From the NCBI GenBank assembly GCA_015064555.1, contig SVRZ01000004.1:14814-78813 (forward strand): a stretch of DNA of 64,000 nt. The letters are read 5' to 3'. Both the position numbers and the translations under genes were made by a program. Below the pieces are notes generated by a model. The model was not told where the DNA came from. It searched no databases and saw only the letters and a list, made by a program, of their open reading frames with translations. The stretch comes from Oscillospiraceae bacterium. GTDB taxonomy: Bacteria; Bacillota; Clostridia; Oscillospirales; CAG-272. Shown piece after piece: positions 1 to 8,633 of the stretch; position 1 is the first letter of the stretch; the number at the start of each line of letters is the position of its first letter.

Positions 1-1
1 C

Positions 2-892
2 CAGACCGAGGGAGTAAAAAAGCCGGCAATAAGCTCTGCTTGCCCTGTGGTAATGCGACTTATAAGTCTGCGCTTCCCTTCACTTTTGGACAATGTCATA
101 CATATGCTGCCTCCTATGGAGATCGCAGCTAAGCTCGCAAGAAAAGAGGCCCTGGAAAAGCACCCGGAGCTCTCCCCCGAGGATATAGGCGTATGCTTTA
201 TATCCCCCTGCCCCGCAAAGGTCAGCTACGTCAAGAACGGCTTTGCCGGATACAAAAGCGAGGTTGACGAGGTCGTTTCTATAAGCGACGTATACTTTTT
301 GCTCATCGGTAAGATGAATAAGGAGGAAAAGCCCGAGATGCTTTCGTCCTCCGGAAAGATAGGTATAGGCTGGGCAAGATCGGGCGGTGAGGCTACCGCA
401 ATATTCAACGATGACTATCTTGCCGCGGACGATATAGAAAATGTTATCCACGTGCTTGATCAGATCGAAAACGACAATATACCGCCGCTCGAATTCATAG
501 AGCTTAATGCTTGTACCGGCGGATGTGTCGGCGGTGTGCTTACTATCCAGAATCCTTTTGTCGCAAAGGCGAGACTTCAGACACTCAGAAGATACCTTCC
601 GGTATCGCAGACAACTATTCCCAAAGGGGAAACCTACGTATCGGCAGATTACCTCTTCGAGGATATGCCCACGTATAAGCCCATCGGCCGTCTTGGTGAC
701 AGCTTCGCCGAATCGATGCGGATGATGGCAGATATTCAAAAGATCAAAAGCATGCTTCCGGGAATAGACTGCGGCTCGTGCGGCGCGCCGACATGCAGAG
801 CATTCGCGGAGGACATAGTAAAAAATACCGCTTGCATTGAGGATTGCCGTATTATCACTCGCGATCTGAAAAATGACAGGAAGGATCGGTAG
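2..892 (+). CDS. [FeFe]-hydrogenase-like protein, C-terminal part (5' end upstream of window); putative sensory/regulatory paralog with a terminal Cys-rich Fe-S motif
   Basis: The frame is open from nt 2, with no stop before the GTG at 47. It has counterparts of the H-cluster motifs: SSACPVV (L1-like), FISPCPAKVSY (L2-like) and ELNACTGGCVGG (L3-like). It also has a C-terminal CGSCGAPTCRAF motif. It heads the hydrogenase cluster. Confidence 0.7.
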   Translation, partial: QTEGVKKPAISSACPVVMRLISLRFPSLLDNVIHMLPPMEIAAKLARKEALEKHPELSPEDIGVCFISPCPAKVSYVKNGFAGYKSEVDEVVSISDVYFLLIGKMNKEEKPEMLSSSGKIGIGWARSGGEATAIFNDDYLAADDIENVIHVLDQIENDNIPPLEFIELNACTGGCVGGVLTIQNPFVAKARLQTLRRYLPVSQTTIPKGETYVSADYLFEDMPTYKPIGRLGDSFAESMRMMADIQKIKSMLPGIDCGSCGAPTCRAFAEDIVKNTACIEDCRIITRDLKNDRKDR

Positions 893-894
893 AT

Positions 895-1221
895 ATGACC
901 GTTGAATCATTTCAGAACAGATTCGGACTCAGGGCTGTATGTATGCCATCGCCGGATAAGCGCGTAAGCGGTGCTTACGTCGGCGATCTGTTAAGTTGGG
1001 TCATGGGTAGAGCCGAAGCGGAAAACGTTTGGATCACCATAATGTCAAACGCAAACATAATTGCGGTCGCCACTCTGGCAGACGTTTCCTGCGTATTGCT
1101 CGCAGAGGGCGTTTCGCTTGATGCGGACACGGTGGCTCTGGCAGCCGAAAAGGGCGTTAATATCCTTTCCACCGAGCTTCCGGCATACGAGATCGCAGGC
1201 CGTATATACGGAAACGTCTGA
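895..1221 (+). CDS. DRTGG-domain small protein
   Basis: 108-aa ORF starting 2 nt after the previous stop. The sequence (VGDLLSWVMG...IIAVATLADVSCVLLAEGVSLD...AAEKGVNILST) resembles the DRTGG-domain proteins found next to hydrogenase genes. Confidence 0.6.
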   Translation: MTVESFQNRFGLRAVCMPSPDKRVSGAYVGDLLSWVMGRAEAENVWITIMSNANIIAVATLADVSCVLLAEGVSLDADTVALAAEKGVNILSTELPAYEIAGRIYGNV

Positions 1222-1222
1222 T

Positions 1223-1960
1223 ATGAACCGTTTTTATTACGATCTTCATATCCACTCCTGCCTATCTCCTTGCGGCGACGAGGACAGCACGCCGAATAAT
1301 ATAGCCGGAATGGCCGCATTATCCGAGCTTGATATAGTTGCCCTGACAGACCATAACAGCTGTAAGAATTGCCCGGCATTTTTTGCAGCAGCTGAAGGAT
1401 ACGGCATTACTCCCATCGCGGGAATGGAGCTTACGACAGCTGAGGATATTCACGTCGTATGCCTTTTTGAAACTCTTTCCGATGCACTTGGATTTGACTC
1501 GTACGTCGAGCTAAACCGTATGCATATCAGAAACCGCCCCGAATTTTTCGGTGAGCAGCTTATTCTGGACGAGAAGGACAACCTGAAAGGTACCGTCCCC
1601 GATCTTCTTACAAGCGCAACGTATTTTCCTATAGACGAAACAAAGGATGTCGTTTCCCGATTTAACGGGATCTGCTATCCTGCGCACATCGACCGCGAAT
1701 CGAACGGTATTATTGCGATTCTCGGCTCTATTCCTCCGGACTCACCGTTTTCATTCTATGAAATGCACGACGGCGAAAAACGAGATGAATATTCCCGGCG
1801 GTACGGAATACCTAAGGAAAATATAATTATCAGCTCCGATGCCCACAATCTCCCCGATATACGCGACAAAGAGAATTATTTTGTTCTCGATGCCGAGCGT
1901 GGGGATCACGAAACGGTAAGAAAAAGGCTCTTTGAGCTTCTTCGCGGAGGTAACAAATGA
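1223..1960 (+). CDS. PHP-domain metal-dependent phosphoesterase
   Basis: An internal ATG at 1223 gives MNRFYYDLHIHSCLSPCGDED...ALTDHNS, a typical PHP His/Asp motif. The longer ORF from 1061 would overlap the DRTGG gene. Confidence 0.75.
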   Translation: MNRFYYDLHIHSCLSPCGDEDSTPNNIAGMAALSELDIVALTDHNSCKNCPAFFAAAEGYGITPIAGMELTTAEDIHVVCLFETLSDALGFDSYVELNRMHIRNRPEFFGEQLILDEKDNLKGTVPDLLTSATYFPIDETKDVVSRFNGICYPAHIDRESNGIIAILGSIPPDSPFSFYEMHDGEKRDEYSRRYGIPKENIIISSDAHNLPDIRDKENYFVLDAERGDHETVRKRLFELLRGGNK

Positions 1961-2508
1961 AGGAATTATCGCTTAACATCCTTGATATTACGGAAAACTC
2001 CGTGAAGGCAAAGGCTACCCTCATTTCCATAACGATAACCGAGGATGCCGATATGCTTACCATTTCAATAGCCGATAACGGCACCGGAATGACAGAGGAA
2101 ACCGTCAGAAATGTGACAGATCCGTTCTACACCACAAGAACGACCAGAAAGGTCGGTATGGGACTGCCCCTGTTCAAGTTTGCCGCAGAGCAGACCGGAG
2201 GCACTCTTGCTGTGAATTCCAAGCATTTCGAAAGCTTTCCCGACAGCAGCGGTACTACCGTTACCGCAACGTTTTACAAAAAACATATAGACTTCACTCC
2301 CTTAGGAGACGTCATATCATCGCTGACCACCCTTATTCAAGGGCATCCCGATATTGATTTCGTGTACAGACACGATATCGACGGAACCACAGTCGCAAGC
2401 CTTGATACACGAGAGCTCCGTGCGGTGTTGGAGGACGTTCCGCTCGATACCTTCGAGGTGCTTACTTGGATAAATGAGAATCTTGCGGAGCAATATAACT
2501 CGATTTGA
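1957..2508 (+). CDS. GHKL (histidine-kinase-like) ATPase-domain protein
   Basis: ATGA overlap with the PHP gene. Motifs NILDITENS (N-box-like), IADNGTGM (G1-like) and GMGLPLF...GG (G2-like). No sensor, HisKA or receiver domain is present. Confidence 0.75.
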   Translation: MKELSLNILDITENSVKAKATLISITITEDADMLTISIADNGTGMTEETVRNVTDPFYTTRTTRKVGMGLPLFKFAAEQTGGTLAVNSKHFESFPDSSGTTVTATFYKKHIDFTPLGDVISSLTTLIQGHPDIDFVYRHDIDGTTVASLDTRELRAVLEDVPLDTFEVLTWINENLAEQYNSI

Positions 2509-2546
2509 TTAAATCAAATATAGATAATTTCAGAAAGGAAGAAAAA

Positions 2547-2915
2547 ATGAAATCTTTGGCTGAATTACAAGCAATCAAAGACAGAATGAGAAGCAAAATC
2601 GTTCTGCGCGAGGGCACAGGAGAAATCCGCGTTGTAGTCGGTATGGCTACTTGCGGTATTGCTGCCGGTGCTCGCCCTGTTCTCAGTGCATTTGTTGAAG
2701 AGGTCAACAATGCAGGTCTTTCCGGACAGGTTACCGTTTCCCAGACGGGTTGCGTAGGCCTTTGCCAGTATGAGCCCATAGTTGAGGTTCTCGAGGCAGG
2801 AAAGGACAAGGTAACCTACGTCAAAATGACTCCCGATAAGGTAAAGGAAGTCGTTGAAAAACATTTAAAGGGTGGCAACGTCGTTACGGCTTATACCGTA
2901 GCGGGTGCTAACTGA
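2547..2915 (+). CDS. small thioredoxin-like [2Fe-2S] ferredoxin (HydD-like hydrogenase subunit)
   Basis: RBS aaaggaag before the ATG at 2547. VVVGMATCGIAAGA...QTGCVGLCQYEP resembles the N-terminal domain of the adjacent HydB. Only 3 Cys are visible in the cluster-binding region. Confidence 0.7.
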   Translation: MKSLAELQAIKDRMRSKIVLREGTGEIRVVVGMATCGIAAGARPVLSAFVEEVNNAGLSGQVTVSQTGCVGLCQYEPIVEVLEAGKDKVTYVKMTPDKVKEVVEKHLKGGNVVTAYTVAGAN

Positions 2916-2929
2916 TTGGAGGTAAAATC

Positions 2930-4756
2930 ATGATTCGTTCACACATACTTATTTGTGGCGGTACCGGTTGTACCTCTTCGGGTAGCCAGACGCTTCAGAA
3001 GGCCTTCAATGAGAATATTGAGGCTTTCGGACTCGCTGAGGAGGTCAAGCTCGTTCAGACCGGTTGCTTCGGTCTTTGCGCACTCGGACCCATCGTTATA
3101 ATCTATCCCGACGGAACTTTCTACAGCAGAGTTACTGCTGATGACGTTAAGGAGATCGTTGAGGAGCATCTTCTCAAGGGTAGGATCGTTGAGCGTCTCG
3201 TTTACAGAGATAAGGAAGCAGAGGGCGTTGTTGAAAAGGCTGCATCCGAGCTTTCGCTTGCCGATACTAACTTCTACAAGTCCCAGAAGCGTATAGTTCT
3301 TCGTAACTGCGGTGTTATCGATCCTGATAATATCGAAGAGTATATCGCTATGGACGGTTATGCAGCACTTGGTAAGGCACTCACCGAGATGACTCCCGAT
3401 GAGGTTATCAAGGTAGTTTCCGATTCCGGTCTTCGCGGAAGAGGAGGCGGAGGATTCCCCACCGGTAGAAAGTGGGCTCTCTGCGCGCCCAATAAGGCTG
3501 ATCAGAAATACGTTGTTTGTAATGCGGACGAGGGTGACCCCGGAGCATTCATGGACCGTTCCATCCTTGAGGGTGACCCCCATTGCATTATCGAGGCTAT
3601 GACCATCTGCGGATATGCAGTTGGCGCGACCAAGGGCTACGTTTACGTAAGAGCTGAGTACCCCATCGCCGTTACTCGTCTTCAGCATGCAATCGACCAG
3701 GCTAAGGAATACGGCCTTCTCGGTAAGAATATATTCAATTCCGGCTTTGATTTCGATCTTGAGATCAAGCTTGGTGCAGGTGCGTTCGTTTGCGGTGAGG
3801 AAACTGCGCTCATGACCTCTATAGAAGGTAACCGCGGTGAGCCTCGTCCCCGTCCTCCCTATCCTGCAGTTAAAGGTCTTTTCAACCGTCCTACTGTTGA
3901 AAACAACGTTGAAACCTTTGCAAATATTCCTCAGATCATCCTTAAAGGTGCTGAGTGGTTCTCCTCTATGGGTACCGAGAGATCCAAGGGTACCAAGGTA
4001 TTCGCACTCGGTGGTAAGATCGAGCATACCGGACTTGTTGAGATCCCCATGGGTGTTACCCTTAACACGATCATCAACGAGATCGGCGGCGGTATCCCCG
4101 GCGGCAAGAAATTCAAGGCTGCTCAGACGGGCGGTCCCTCCGGCGGATGTATCCCCGCAAGCCTTATTGATACCGAGGTTGACTACGATAACCTTGTTTC
4201 CATCGGCTGTATGATGGGATCCGGCGGTCTTATCGTTATGGATGAGGACAACTGTATGGTTGATATGGCTAAGTTCTTCCTTGAGTTCACCGTTGATGAG
4301 TCCTGCGGTAAGTGCACTCCCTGCCGTGTTGGTACCAAGAGACTCCTTGAGCTTCTTGATAAGATCACCCAGGGCAACGGAACTCTCGAGGATATCGACA
4401 GACTCGAGGAGCTTTGCAACTACATAAAGCAGAACTCTCTTTGCGGTCTCGGTCAGACTGCTCCCAACCCTGTTCTTGCAACCCTTAAATTCTTCCGCGA
4501 CGAGTATATCGCTCACGTTGTGGACAAGGTTTGCCCTGCAGGCGTATGTAAGGGACTTATCAACTTCATCATCGATCAGGATAAGTGTATCGGTTGCGGC
4601 AAGTGTGCTAAGAACTGCCCTGCTGATGCTATTACCAGAACCGATTACATTGCACCCGGTCATAAGCTCGCTTCCTTCACTATCGACACCTCCAAGTGCG
4701 TTAAGTGCGGTGCTTGCGTTGCCGGCTGTAAGTTCAATGCTATTTATAAGAAGTAA
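2930..4756 (+). CDS. hydB: NADH-binding flavoprotein subunit of bifurcating [FeFe] hydrogenase (NuoF-like)
   Basis: 608 aa. N-terminal 2Fe-2S domain (CGGTGC...CFGLC). NuoF core (GRGGGGFPTGRKW, CNADEGDPGAF, ESCGKCTPCR). C-terminal 2x CxxCxxCxxxCP ferredoxin domain. Confidence 0.9.
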   Translation: MIRSHILICGGTGCTSSGSQTLQKAFNENIEAFGLAEEVKLVQTGCFGLCALGPIVIIYPDGTFYSRVTADDVKEIVEEHLLKGRIVERLVYRDKEAEGVVEKAASELSLADTNFYKSQKRIVLRNCGVIDPDNIEEYIAMDGYAALGKALTEMTPDEVIKVVSDSGLRGRGGGGFPTGRKWALCAPNKADQKYVVCNADEGDPGAFMDRSILEGDPHCIIEAMTICGYAVGATKGYVYVRAEYPIAVTRLQHAIDQAKEYGLLGKNIFNSGFDFDLEIKLGAGAFVCGEETALMTSIEGNRGEPRPRPPYPAVKGLFNRPTVENNVETFANIPQIILKGAEWFSSMGTERSKGTKVFALGGKIEHTGLVEIPMGVTLNTIINEIGGGIPGGKKFKAAQTGGPSGGCIPASLIDTEVDYDNLVSIGCMMGSGGLIVMDEDNCMVDMAKFFLEFTVDESCGKCTPCRVGTKRLLELLDKITQGNGTLEDIDRLEELCNYIKQNSLCGLGQTAPNPVLATLKFFRDEYIAHVVDKVCPAGVCKGLINFIIDQDKCIGCGKCAKNCPADAITRTDYIAPGHKLASFTIDTSKCVKCGACVAGCKFNAIYKK

Positions 4757-4773
4757 GAAAGGAGTACGCTGTC

Positions 4774-6525
4774 ATGGAAATGTTAAATGTTAAGGTTAAC
4801 GGTATTGCTGTGTGCGTACCCAAGGGCGCTACCATTCTTGAGGCTGCCCGCGCTGCAGGCGTTGAGATCCCTACGCTCTGCTTTATGAAGGAAAAGAACG
4901 AGATCGGTGCTTGCCGTATCTGCGTTGTTGAGGCTACCGGTGCTCGCGGTCTTGTTACCGCCTGCGTATACCCCGTTACCGAGGGTATGGAGATCCAGAC
5001 CAACACCGCAAAGGTAAGAGCTGCTCGCAAGACTACTCTTGAGCTCATTCTTTCCACCCACGATAAAAACTGCCTCTCCTGCTCCAGATCAACTAACTGC
5101 GAGCTTCAGAAGCTCTGCCTTGAGTACGGCGTTGATTCTCAGGCATTCGGAGGCTTCAAGCCCGTTTATGAGCTTGACTACTCCACTCCCCATCTCGTAA
5201 GAGATAACAACAAGTGCATTCTCTGCCGTAGATGCGTTGCTGCATGTAACGAGCAGTTCGTTTCTGTTATCGGTGCCAACAACAGAGGTATCGATACCTG
5301 CATCGGTCAGCCCTTCGGTCTTTCGCTTAACGAAACTCCCTGTATCTCCTGCGGTCAGTGTACCGTTGTTTGTCCTACCGGCGCACTCGTTGAGCGCGAT
5401 GACACCGATAAGGTATGGGAGGCTCTTGCAGATCCCTCGAAGCATGTTATAGTTCAGACCGCTCCCTCTATCAGAGCTACTCTCGGTGAGTGCTTCGGTA
5501 TGGAGATCGGAACCAACGTTGAGGGTAAGATGGTTGCGGCTCTTCGCCGTCTTGGATTTGAGAAGGTATTCGATACCAACACCGCTGCAGACTTCACTAT
5601 CGTTGAAGAGGCTACCGAGCTTCTCGGCAGAGTTAAGAACGGCGGAACTCTTCCTATGATCACCTCCTGCTCGCCCGGATGGGTTAAGTTCTGCGAGCTC
5701 TACTATCCCGATATGATAAGTCACCTTTCCTCCTGCAAATCTCCTCAGCAGATGGGCGGAGCTCTTATTAAGACCTATTGGGCAGATAAGATGGGCTATG
5801 ATCCTAAGGACGTATTCGTTGTATCAATCATGCCCTGTACCGCAAAGAAGTTTGAGGTAGGCAGAGAGGATATGTCCGCGGCAGGTAACGGTATTGCAGA
5901 CGTTGATGTTGCTCTTACCACCCGTGAGCTTGCTAAGATGATCGGACGCGCAGGAATCAAGTTCACTGCCCTTCCCGACGAGGACTTCGATTCTGCACTC
6001 GGTATTGACACCGGTGCCGCAGTTATCTTCGGTGCTACCGGCGGTGTTATGGAGGCTGCTCTCCGTACTGCAAACGACGTTCTTACCGGCAAGGATAACA
6101 GCGAGATCGAATTCCATGAGGTTCGCGGAACCGATGGACTCAAGGAAGCTACCTACAATATCGCAGGTATGGAGATAAAGGTTGCCGTTGCTTCCGGCGC
6201 GGCAAATGCTAAGCTCGTTATGGACAAGATCGCAAGCGGCGAGGCAGACTGGACCTTCGTTGAGATAATGGGATGCCCCGGCGGCTGTGTAAACGGCGGC
6301 GGTCAGCCCATCCAGCCTCAGTACGTTCGTGATACCGTAGATCTCAAGTCGGTTCGCGCTAAGGCACTCTATGCTCAGGACGAAGCTATGGAGATGCGCA
6401 AGTCGCACCTCAACCCCATCATCAAGGAAGTTTATGACAACTACTTCAAGGGTGGTTACGGTTGCCCCGCGGCTCACCACGCGCTTCATACCTCCTACGT
6501 TGCAAGAAAGAAGTTTGATATCTGA
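4774..6525 (+). CDS. hydA: [FeFe] hydrogenase catalytic subunit, M3-type
   Basis: 583 aa. N-terminal 2Fe-2S domain and 4Fe-4S domains. H-cluster motifs TSCSPGW (L1 variant), MPCTAKKFE (L2) and EIMGCPGGCVNGGGQP (L3). Confidence 0.9.
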   Translation: MEMLNVKVNGIAVCVPKGATILEAARAAGVEIPTLCFMKEKNEIGACRICVVEATGARGLVTACVYPVTEGMEIQTNTAKVRAARKTTLELILSTHDKNCLSCSRSTNCELQKLCLEYGVDSQAFGGFKPVYELDYSTPHLVRDNNKCILCRRCVAACNEQFVSVIGANNRGIDTCIGQPFGLSLNETPCISCGQCTVVCPTGALVERDDTDKVWEALADPSKHVIVQTAPSIRATLGECFGMEIGTNVEGKMVAALRRLGFEKVFDTNTAADFTIVEEATELLGRVKNGGTLPMITSCSPGWVKFCELYYPDMISHLSSCKSPQQMGGALIKTYWADKMGYDPKDVFVVSIMPCTAKKFEVGREDMSAAGNGIADVDVALTTRELAKMIGRAGIKFTALPDEDFDSALGIDTGAAVIFGATGGVMEAALRTANDVLTGKDNSEIEFHEVRGTDGLKEATYNIAGMEIKVAVASGAANAKLVMDKIASGEADWTFVEIMGCPGGCVNGGGQPIQPQYVRDTVDLKSVRAKALYAQDEAMEMRKSHLNPIIKEVYDNYFKGGYGCPAAHHALHTSYVARKKFDI

Positions 6526-6552
6526 TATCACATTTCCGATTGCATCGGATAA

Positions 6553-6600
6553 AAACAGAACCCACCGCAAGGCATCTCCTTGCGGTGGGTTCTGTTTTAT
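6553..6600 (+). terminator. rho-independent terminator after hydA
   Basis: Stem aacagaacccaccgcaagg / ccttgcggtgggttctgtt, followed by ttttatttg. Confidence 0.85.
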
Positions 6601-6667
6601 TTGTTCTACAATAAATGTTTTGGTAAGCACTCAACAAAAATGAAATTCTATCAAAAACGTTCGGTGA

Positions 6668-7531
6668 TTATTCCTCATCATCTACGGGAGCTGCCACCTG
6701 TCCTTTTCTGTATGCAAGAGGACTGACACCCATATACTGCTTGAATATCTTATGGAAATAGTTTGCATTGGTAAAGCCAACACTTTCTGCTATCTCGGAA
6801 ATAGGCTTATCGCTCTCAATGAGAAGCTGCATCGAGCGATTTATTCTTATTCCGTTGATATAGTCAACCGGCGTCTTGCCTATACTGTCCTTAAACATCT
6901 TTGTGAAATAATCGGCCGAAACCATAATTATTTCGGAGAGGCGATCGATATATATCTTTTCGGAATAATGCTCTGCTATGTAATTTATAACCGGACGAAG
7001 CCTGAGAACGTTATGATAGATGATGCGCTCAGACTCATTCTTTGTACTGCAGTAATACCTGAGAAGTGCGGTCATCGACTGATATATATTTGCTCTTATG
7101 GGAAGCTTATAGCAAACGTCCTTTGCCATATATTCGTCATATGAATGATCCATACACTCGCGAAGAACCTTGTGTACGGGATGCATCTCGGAGAATATCT
7201 TTATTTTGTTCTCCGACTGTACGTAAAACATATAAAGTATCTCTGCTTCATAGTTAAGCATATTAGCCTCGATAATCGAGGTATCGAATATCATACCTCT
7301 GACTGCGGCATAACCATCGACGGCATCAACTCTGTAGATAAGACCGTGAGGAATATATACAAAATCACCCGCAGAAGCACTTACGTATTCGGTTCCTATC
7401 TGGATATTTACCTTGCCTGCGGTAACCTCTGCTATTTCCATCTTGGTCTCGCTGAATCGCTGAGGAATTATAACGCCGTTTCCGGAAAGCGAATACATCT
7501 CAAAAGGAAATTTATTATCGGTGTGCTTCAT
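6668..7531 (-). CDS. AraC-family transcriptional regulator (cupin N-domain plus HTH)
   Basis: 287 aa. C-terminal AraC HTH (...SEIAESVGFTNANYFHKIFKQYMGVSPLAYRK). N-terminal cupin-like GDFVYIPHG. Confidence 0.85.
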   Translation of the reverse strand: MKHTDNKFPFEMYSLSGNGVIIPQRFSETKMEIAEVTAGKVNIQIGTEYVSASAGDFVYIPHGLIYRVDAVDGYAAVRGMIFDTSIIEANMLNYEAEILYMFYVQSENKIKIFSEMHPVHKVLRECMDHSYDEYMAKDVCYKLPIRANIYQSMTALLRYYCSTKNESERIIYHNVLRLRPVINYIAEHYSEKIYIDRLSEIIMVSADYFTKMFKDSIGKTPVDYINGIRINRSMQLLIESDKPISEIAESVGFTNANYFHKIFKQYMGVSPLAYRKGQVAAPVDDEE

Positions 7532-7621
7532 ATCTCTATCTCCTCGGTTAACAATTTAAAGGATACAAATACATAATAACATATTTTTCGCACTTTGTAA
7601 AGGACTTTTCCGCAAAAAAGA

Positions 7622-7674
7622 CTAAAAAAATACATTATTCCGTTGCCGCAAAAAAATACAGCAACGGAATAATT
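7622..7674 (-). terminator. rho-independent terminator of the G3E two-gene operon
   Basis: Arms attattccgttgc / gcaacggaataat. On the minus strand the hairpin is followed by a T-run (A-run 7624-7630 on the plus strand). Confidence 0.75.
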
Positions 7675-7691
7675 CTCTTTTATGAAATATG

Positions 7692-8630
7692 TCAGAAGGT
7701 GGCAACCTCCTGCACCGGCTTCTCTGCCTCGGTAATAGCACTCACCTTAAGAACGGGGCCCCTGCCGCCATACAGAGGCGAGTATGCCTCGGTGAGCTTA
7801 CCCTCAACTATAAACCAATCGCGAGTCTTTACCTTCTTACCGAGCATCCCGTCGGCAACCACTCCTCGGTATGCTATATCATCGGCACAGCAGGTCATTA
7901 TATGTCTGCCTATCGCAAAATTATTTTTGGGAAGCGACGAATCTGTCGCGGCTATTCCCTTGAATCTTACGGTCTTGCCGTTGTATTTTTCAAATTCCTC
8001 GCTCATATCGCGATAGAATATAGCAAAATCCTCATCCTTTATATCAATAACAGGAGCATTTATATCATATGGCAGCGGATCGGGAATATCATCAAATTCT
8101 ATATTTCCGCCAAGATCCTCATAACATATATTGGATTTTCTGCTCACACCGCGGACGAGCTTATGAAGTGCCATTCTGTCGGTATTCTTATCGGTTCTGT
8201 TGAATACCACCATCTCACAGCTTGTCAGCTTATCAACAACGAGCTGACGCATATTTGCATTATATGAGAGTATTGTAGTCGAATCGGCAATAAGTATTTC
8301 CTGATAGACCATAAAATTCTCGGGAAGAGCATTGTAGAATTTATCGAGCATCCACATACCGTTGTATTCAACGAGTATGACGTCTGCGCCTGCGCGCTTC
8401 TGCCTTGCAAGAAGCCTGTCGGCAACCAGATCGTCCTCACGCTCAAATCGGCATATCGATACGTTATCGCCGAGCTCGGCAGGCTCTATCTCCTCCTCGC
8501 CCTCCTCGCAGGTAATAATGAGATATTTTCGGCTTTTATCGTTGAAATTCTCATCCTGCATCGTTTCTTTTATGAATTTTGTCTTACCTGCTTCAAGAAA
8601 GCCGGTGAACAAATATACCGGAATATCCAT
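7692..8630 (-). CDS. non-canonical G3E-like P-loop protein fused to a CC..D-motif C-terminal domain
   Basis: 312 aa. Walker A-like GFLEAGKT and NRTDK (NKxD-like), but no CxCC motif. The C-terminus FAIGRHIMTCCADDIAYRG resembles the conserved CCxxD domain of DUF1980/TIGR03943-type proteins. It starts 3 nt downstream of the COG0523 gene. Confidence 0.6.
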   Translation of the reverse strand: MDIPVYLFTGFLEAGKTKFIKETMQDENFNDKSRKYLIITCEEGEEEIEPAELGDNVSICRFEREDDLVADRLLARQKRAGADVILVEYNGMWMLDKFYNALPENFMVYQEILIADSTTILSYNANMRQLVVDKLTSCEMVVFNRTDKNTDRMALHKLVRGVSRKSNICYEDLGGNIEFDDIPDPLPYDINAPVIDIKDEDFAIFYRDMSEEFEKYNGKTVRFKGIAATDSSLPKNNFAIGRHIMTCCADDIAYRGVVADGMLGKKVKTRDWFIVEGKLTEAYSPLYGGRGPVLKVSAITEAEKPVQEVATF

Positions 8631-8633
8631 ATA

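Noticed and set aside
1061-1222. Longer 299-aa version of the PHP gene starting at 1061.
   Set aside because: It would overlap the DRTGG gene by 160 nt in another frame. The PHP motif begins right after the ATG at 1223, which follows the upstream stop by 1 nt.
2939-4663. 574-aa ORF antisense to hydB. Similar long antisense ORFs occur at 80-910, 5824-6630, 8718-9917, 14007-15350, 21257-23164, 23207-24526, 42021-42635 and 47359-48510.
   Set aside because: Each lies entirely opposite a gene with strong, recognisable motifs. Each has a low-complexity or odd composition, no RBS and no recognisable domains. They are typical shadow ORFs of moderately GC-rich coding sequence.
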